Of a stretch of DNA of 64,000 nucleotides, positions 58,314 to 64,000 are shown piece by piece. The notes under the pieces were generated by a model. The model did not search any database. It had not been told where the DNA came from and saw only the letters and a list, made by a program, of their open reading frames with translations. Both the position numbers and the translations under genes were made by a program. The DNA lies in NCBI GenBank assembly GCA_012295275.1, contig CM022678.1, forward strand, positions 11,780,001-11,844,000, in the 5' to 3' direction. How positions within the stretch are numbered: the stretch's first letter is position 1; each line of letters starts with the position of its first letter. Origin of the DNA: Chrysomallon squamiferum. Its lineage: Eukaryota; Animalia; Mollusca.

Positions 58314-59738
58314 GACTGTCTGTATATCCATCTATCTATCTATATATCTCTCTGTCTGTTTATCTATATATCTATTTATCTATCTGTCTATCTATCTATC
58401 TATCAAGATAAGAAGGAAGGGGTGAAAGATTAGGTATACAGACATATTAAAATACTCGCCCCGCCCTAATTCCACTACCCTCGGGTGATTGTGCGTAGAT
58501 GGCTGTGAGAAGATGGTAAACACTTTTGTATAATTTCTGTTATCTCGGCAGCACTAAAACTGCAGATGAAACATTCAGCCTCCCCGGCCTGGGCGAGGTT
58601 TTCACGTTAATCTCGGTTTGTCATGATTCCTGTAATGATAATTGCCACTGGTCATTAAAGAGTCGATGCAGCAGAATTATTTAAGTCTTCCTTACGTGAC
58701 TCGGGGAATGAGCACCCGACATTTAAACATCGCATTTCGTGTCACGACACATACACGTGCTTTTTGTCAGCGAGCAGAGCGCGTTTGAAAATAAAAACAT
58801 AAATAATCATCTACGTGGGTGAGACACAATCACTGCAAACAGAACTGAACCAAATCATTAAAATAATAAATAGAATAAAATAAAAGAAGGAAAGAAAACA
58901 GAAAAAAGTCATCAGGTGTTAAATATATTTACAACAGATTACTATCTCCGACATTTCATTATGAACCGCACAGTTCGAAAATCTAGTTCGTAATGAAATG
59001 ATGATGTAGTAGCTGATTGTCGTTAGCGTAGCAGACGTACCGGGTGATCGTACCTGACGCAGTATGGCTGACAAGATATTGGATATTTTTAACTTTAACT
59101 GGCTTCTTTCCGATCTGCGCTGAGAAGTCAGACTCGCGTACTTTGTTCACTTCAGCTCTCTGCTCATTTCGCTGGACAATTCTTTATTATTTTTTATTTC
59201 TGGATTTTTTTCTTTACGACTGAAGAAAACACAGGAAGTAAGTGATATGACAGAGCTGTTCAGTAGCTTCTCGATTCACCGTCGTTTGTAGCAATCAAAA
59301 CAGAAACAGAACAAAAAAAAAAAAAAATAAAAAATAAAAAATAAAAATAAAGAGATACCGAAGAAGTGACATAGAAAATGTTGCAGTTTCACGTGCTGTG
59401 TGTTTGTTTTATTCAGGATTTAACAGAGTTTTGTGCCTCGTTTGTGTAATTCTCGACTGAAACAAGAAAAAAAGAAAAAGAAATGTGGTGTAATTCACAG
59501 AATATAAATCTCTTCAGAGCTGGTTGTCGTTTGTAACAATAAAACAAACTGAAAGAAGAAATAAAACACGAAAGAAAAGAAACAAACGAAATCTACGGAT
59601 AGAAGCTATTTTTAGATCTTGCTGTAATTTATAACAACTGAACAGAAAAAAAGGAAAACAAAGATAGAAAGAAAGAAAGACAAAAACTGTGGATTTTTAC
59701 ATATTTCAGGATCTGACTTTTGTTTGTAACCGTGTCAG

Positions 59739-60236
59739 AAGAAAGAAGGAAAGAAAGAAGGAAAGAAAGAAGGAAGGAAAGAAGGAAGGAAAGAAGGAAG
59801 GAAGGAAAGAAGGAAAGAAGGAAGGAAAGAAAGAAGGAAAGAAAGAAGGAAAGAAGGAAAGAAAGAAGGAAGGAAGGAAAGAAGGAAAGAAAGAAGGAAA
59901 GAAGGAAAGAAAGAAGGAAGGAAGGAAAGAAAGAAGGAAAGAAAGAAGGAAAGAAAGAAGGAAGGAAAGAAGGAAGGAAAGAAAGAAGGAAAGAAGGAAG
60001 GAAGGAAAGAAAGAAGGAAAGAAAGAAGGAAAGAAAGAAGGAAGGAAAGAAAGAAGGAAAGAAGGAAGGAAAGAAAGAAGGAAGGAAAGAAGGAAGGAAA
60101 GAAGGAAGGAAGGAAAGAAGGAAGGAAAGAAGGAAGGAAAGAAGGAAGGAAAGAAAGAAGGAAAGAAGGAAAGAAGGAAGGAAAGAAGGAAGGAAAGAAG
60201 GAAGGAAAGAAAGAAGGAAGGAAGGAAAGAAGGAGG
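59739..60236. repeat. Polypurine (GAAA/GGAA)n tract
   Basis: ~500 bp of pure purines. Confidence 0.96.
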
Positions 60237-60386
60237 ATTTGACTAAAACGTGTTGACTTTGATCATCATGCGGTGCATGGATTTTTTTAACAAAAATTTG
60301 AACTGGAAGAAATAAAAAAAAAAAAAAACTAATTATTTTATTTCTAAAATTAGTGTTTGTCTTCCGTGAACAAGGATTTAAATTGC

Positions 60387-60417
<31 letters not shown>

Positions 60418-61536
60418 GTAAAACAAATAGATTTGCTTCATTCTGTGAAGATTTAAAATGAAACATTCAAAAGAATCAAACTGTGGAAATATTTACACAG
60501 TGAAATTTGCAGACGACTGCGGAATTTGACAAGTTTACGACAAGACAAAATGAATGAAGAGGAAACAAGCCTAGTTTATGTTTACTGAGAACTGTAGATA
60601 GCACGAGTGTGGGGATATGTCTTTTTTATTACGATTTAACTGAAACAAGCAAAAAAATCCCCCAAAAACCGTGAAATGTGTAGAATATTTACAAGGTAAA
60701 AATAGCAAAGAATTCAGAATTTGCGAGACTGCAAAATGGAAGAACTGAGAAAAAAGTGAAAAAGAAAAAAACATTCATTGTTCGTTCGAGGGGTGAGATG
60801 AGTCAAAAGGAAGAAAAGATTTTACAGACAATACCTGCATTTCGAACTCAACGTTCAGTTTTAACGATCTGAGTAAAACAAAGCAGAAGAAATAGTCAAC
60901 ATTTACTAAGAGTCTTCGAATTTGACTTTCGTGTCAGACAAATTAAAGAGAAAGTCGCGAGACTAATGAAAATGAGTGTTTACGTGTTTCTCAAGTTGTC
61001 TTTAGACGAGTCTGTAAGCAACAGAAAACAAGCCGTTTATTTACCAAATTAAAAATATTAGAGATTTCTCGTGTGATGTTTCCTTTCATGACGGTTTAAA
61101 ATAAACAAATTATAAAGTCACTGAATGATTATGGATTATGCAGACAATACCTGCTTGTTCTAATGTGTTTGTTTAGGGTGACTTGACTTCTAAACGAGAT
61201 GGCTGAAACAAGGAATTCACATTTCGCTGAGAACAAAAGAACGGGAAATGCGAGACAGACAGAAACGATACGGACAGTGTAGAAGGTGACTAGTTTCAAC
61301 GAAAAGGACTCAAAGTCATCAACGCGGACTCCCCATTTTCTGAAAAACAAAACATGTCAGAGAAAACGCTTTAGACATATTTCGTATGCACAAGTCACAA
61401 ATGAAAGTGATTTGCAAGAAATAAGAAAACAAAAGAAAAGATAAACAACAACTTCTACTGATATTTTTATTTTCTGATTAGTTTGGGGTTTTTTGTTTGC
61501 TTATTAACTTATTAATTAGTTTGATTGTTTGTTTGT

Positions 61537-61567
<31 letters not shown>

Positions 61568-63534
61568 TTTTATTTTGTTTAATTACTTTACTTTCAGTTA
61601 ATGGTTTTCATTCATGACATTAAAGATTTTCTGTCCTACCCAAGATTTTCAAAATTTTATAGGAATAAAGACTAACAGCGACATTTCTTGTCATCTTCCT
61701 TGTTCTCTTTTATCGGAGAAAGGGGAGATAATCGCGCGTCTTGTTGTGTTTTGACTTGACTGCAAATAATCGAAGACATTCTAGTTTTTTTTTCAAATAT
61801 TAAATAAGGACAACGGGATTGTTTGTGATTCTTTTCTCTGATGGCAGCTATTGGTTTCCTATACAGGAAGTAAAATTGATGAAATCATCAGGAAAATTCT
61901 TGCTTTCACTTGGCTGTTTATACCCAGATACATTGTGAAAATTAAAACGAAGAAAAAGACAAGATTAACGTAGAAATTTGAATACTTTTTTCTTGTCTTT
62001 TTGTTTCAGAAAACTGAAAAATCTTTAAGATTTTCTTTTGGTTTGATTTGGTTATAACGAATCGAAGATTTTTGATTGAACGGAGAATGTGAAAAACTCG
62101 TTTCGTTGTGTTTCTGTTCTTGTTGGCGGGCGGTGAAGAGTTTTGAATGAAGGCAGCAAAATCTTGGAAAATTCTTAGTTTTAACGCGACTGTCAAAAAC
62201 CAGAGATTTTCTAATTCAGTAAAGAATTATTTTTTTTATTGCTACTAATACTGCTACTACTACTGTTACTACTACTACCAATCTTACTACTACTACTACC
62301 ACTATTACTATTACTACTACTGCTACTACAACAACAACTACTACTACTATTGCTCTGCTGCTGCTTTTTCTACGATTAGCATTGTTGATGCGAATGGTTT
62401 TTGACGAAAATTCGATGAATTACTGTTCAGTTGTTTCTTTATTTTTGGTGAAATAAAAACCCGTTTCTGACATTAGAAAACAGAAACATAACAAAAGAGT
62501 TAACTTTTCCCTGTTATACTCTTCTTACTGCAGAAAGTTAATACATCACAGAATCATTGTGACAGTCCTGGTTCTGATTCATCTGCAAGGAATCAAACAT
62601 ACTACGAGTCTGTAAAGGAAAGTTTCTTTATTGTTTTATTTTTCTTCTTTTGCGTGTGTTTGTTGCTTTTTTTTTTTTTTTTTTTTTTAAAAAAAATCGT
62701 GGAACGGTTTTGACGAACTCATAAATAGTTTGTTAATCTGTAAAAAAAGCGTTCTAAGCGTTTTTGTTTGTAAGCACACATTCCCGGAATAAACCGCAAT
62801 TCAAGATTGAAAAAAAAGTTTTAGAAAAAAATCGACAAAGAGATAAATTATTCTTAAAAAAAAGAAAAAAAAAAAAAAAAAAGAGAAAAAGTCAAAAACA
62901 GAGATGAAAATGTGCTTTTATTTGGATAATTCGAAATAACTGGAACTGACGGAAACAGTTTATCTGATAACCGAACGATAATTTGTGGAAAAAACCTACA
63001 CGGAATGATTCAGAATTAAGAAGTGGCAACAAGAACTGCAGACTTTCATAAACGTTATAATCGCTGAATAGTGAGATAATAACAAAGTGTGAATTCACTT
63101 TAAAATATTCCACGCGAATCTGACGGTAAATAAAATTCTGGAAAGAAATTCACTCGTTTAAATGTTCAATGTTTGATGTTCGTGAATTATACAGTGAATT
63201 CGGAACGTTAACGTAAGAAATACGGATACGGAACTTTCTGATATAGAAAAGGGGAAAAGGAACTTTTAAATTTTTTAATATTTTTTTTATTATTATTTTT
63301 TTTGTTTTAATGAAAATTTAAAGAAAAAATTGCGAACAGAAAAGAAATACATTAAGATGAAGAATGAAAACTGATTAAAAGAAACTATTTCAGACGAAGA
63401 CTTCAGATGTGATGTCAGTTTCTACATGAGTGAAAGGTTTTCAGTATCACTGACACTGTTTTGGTGTTTTTAATTTATTTATTTATTTACAAATGGTCAG
63501 GGTCACATGACGTCAGACAAACGCGCTTTGCAGA

Positions 63535-64000
63535 ATGACTCGCAACAGCACCGACTACAACTACGTTCGACTGGAGAACCTCGACGGCGGCAACATCTTA
63601 ATCAGCTTCTTGAACGTGGTTCTCGTGTTTGTCATCATCGTTGGAAACATTCTGACTGTCACCGCCATCGCCAAGTTCAGACAACTCCAGTATCCTAGCA
63701 ACATAATGATAGCGTCACTTTCATTGGCTGATCTTTTGATGGGCGTAGCTTACACTCCAATTAAACTAATGCGTGCGCATGCACCAACCCTGTTAAACCG
63801 CAGACCAGTATGTTTAATGTTTATGTTCGTTTCACATTTCTGTTCTTTAAACGCCATTTTGTTTTTAGCAATTATGTCCATCGAAAGATTCTACGCAGTA
63901 CAGTTTCCTTTTCACTATCACGTGACTATGACAATCAGAAGCGCTATTGTGAACAACGTCATCGTTTTTCTGGTAACTGTTGCTGTGTGCGTTCCCACGG
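63535..64000 (+). CDS. Class A (rhodopsin-like) G-protein-coupled receptor, N-terminus to TM4, runs off window
   Basis: MTRNSTDYNYVRLENLDGGNILISFLNVVLVFVIIVGNILTVTAIAKFRQLQYPSNIMIASLSLADLLMGVAYTP...VCLMFMFVSHFCSLNAILFLAIMSIERFYAVQFPFHY...: TM1 GN, TM2 LSLAD, TM3 Cys and ERF, N-glycosylation sequon NST; no stop to window end. Confidence 0.93.
   Translation, partial: MTRNSTDYNYVRLENLDGGNILISFLNVVLVFVIIVGNILTVTAIAKFRQLQYPSNIMIASLSLADLLMGVAYTPIKLMRAHAPTLLNRRPVCLMFMFVSHFCSLNAILFLAIMSIERFYAVQFPFHYHVTMTIRSAIVNNVIVFLVTVAVCVPT

Noticed and set aside
58696-58736. Further minus-strand ATG...CAC|GTAAGG first-exon candidate
   Set aside because: ATGs occur in all three frames and the donor is weaker, so phase compatibility carries no information.
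59629-60441. KERR/SFLL-rich ORFs (also the ER/LS, CV/HT, poly-I/L/N ORFs across the window)
   Set aside because: Microsatellite translations.
63507-63698. 63-aa ORF listed in the track
   Set aside because: It is an alternative frame overlapping the real GPCR frame that starts at 63535.

Overview
AT-rich, microsatellite-dense animal genomic DNA with spliceosomal introns. A mollusc/lophotrochozoan origin is inferred from repeat content and zinc-finger style, not proven. There is a 200-N scaffold gap at 251-450. Bases 1-21.7 kb hold a C2H2 zinc-finger cluster in birth-and-death turnover: an ~11.5-kb-offset tandem duplicate (one disrupted copy, one with a 12-finger ORF), nested older duplicates and decayed fingers, one of which appears to have seeded a minisatellite. 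Bases 24.4-52 kb hold a minus-strand calmodulin-like four-EF-hand gene that the ORF track shows only in pieces. I could reconstruct four common exons with matching splice phases, plus at least two candidate in-phase alternative first coding exons far upstream, interspersed with CTCF-like, RFX X-box and Forkhead motifs. The window ends in the first four TM helices of a class A GPCR that the ORF track does not list. Most long ORFs in the track are artefacts of simple or tandem repeats. No CRISPR array, rRNA or intact tRNA was seen.
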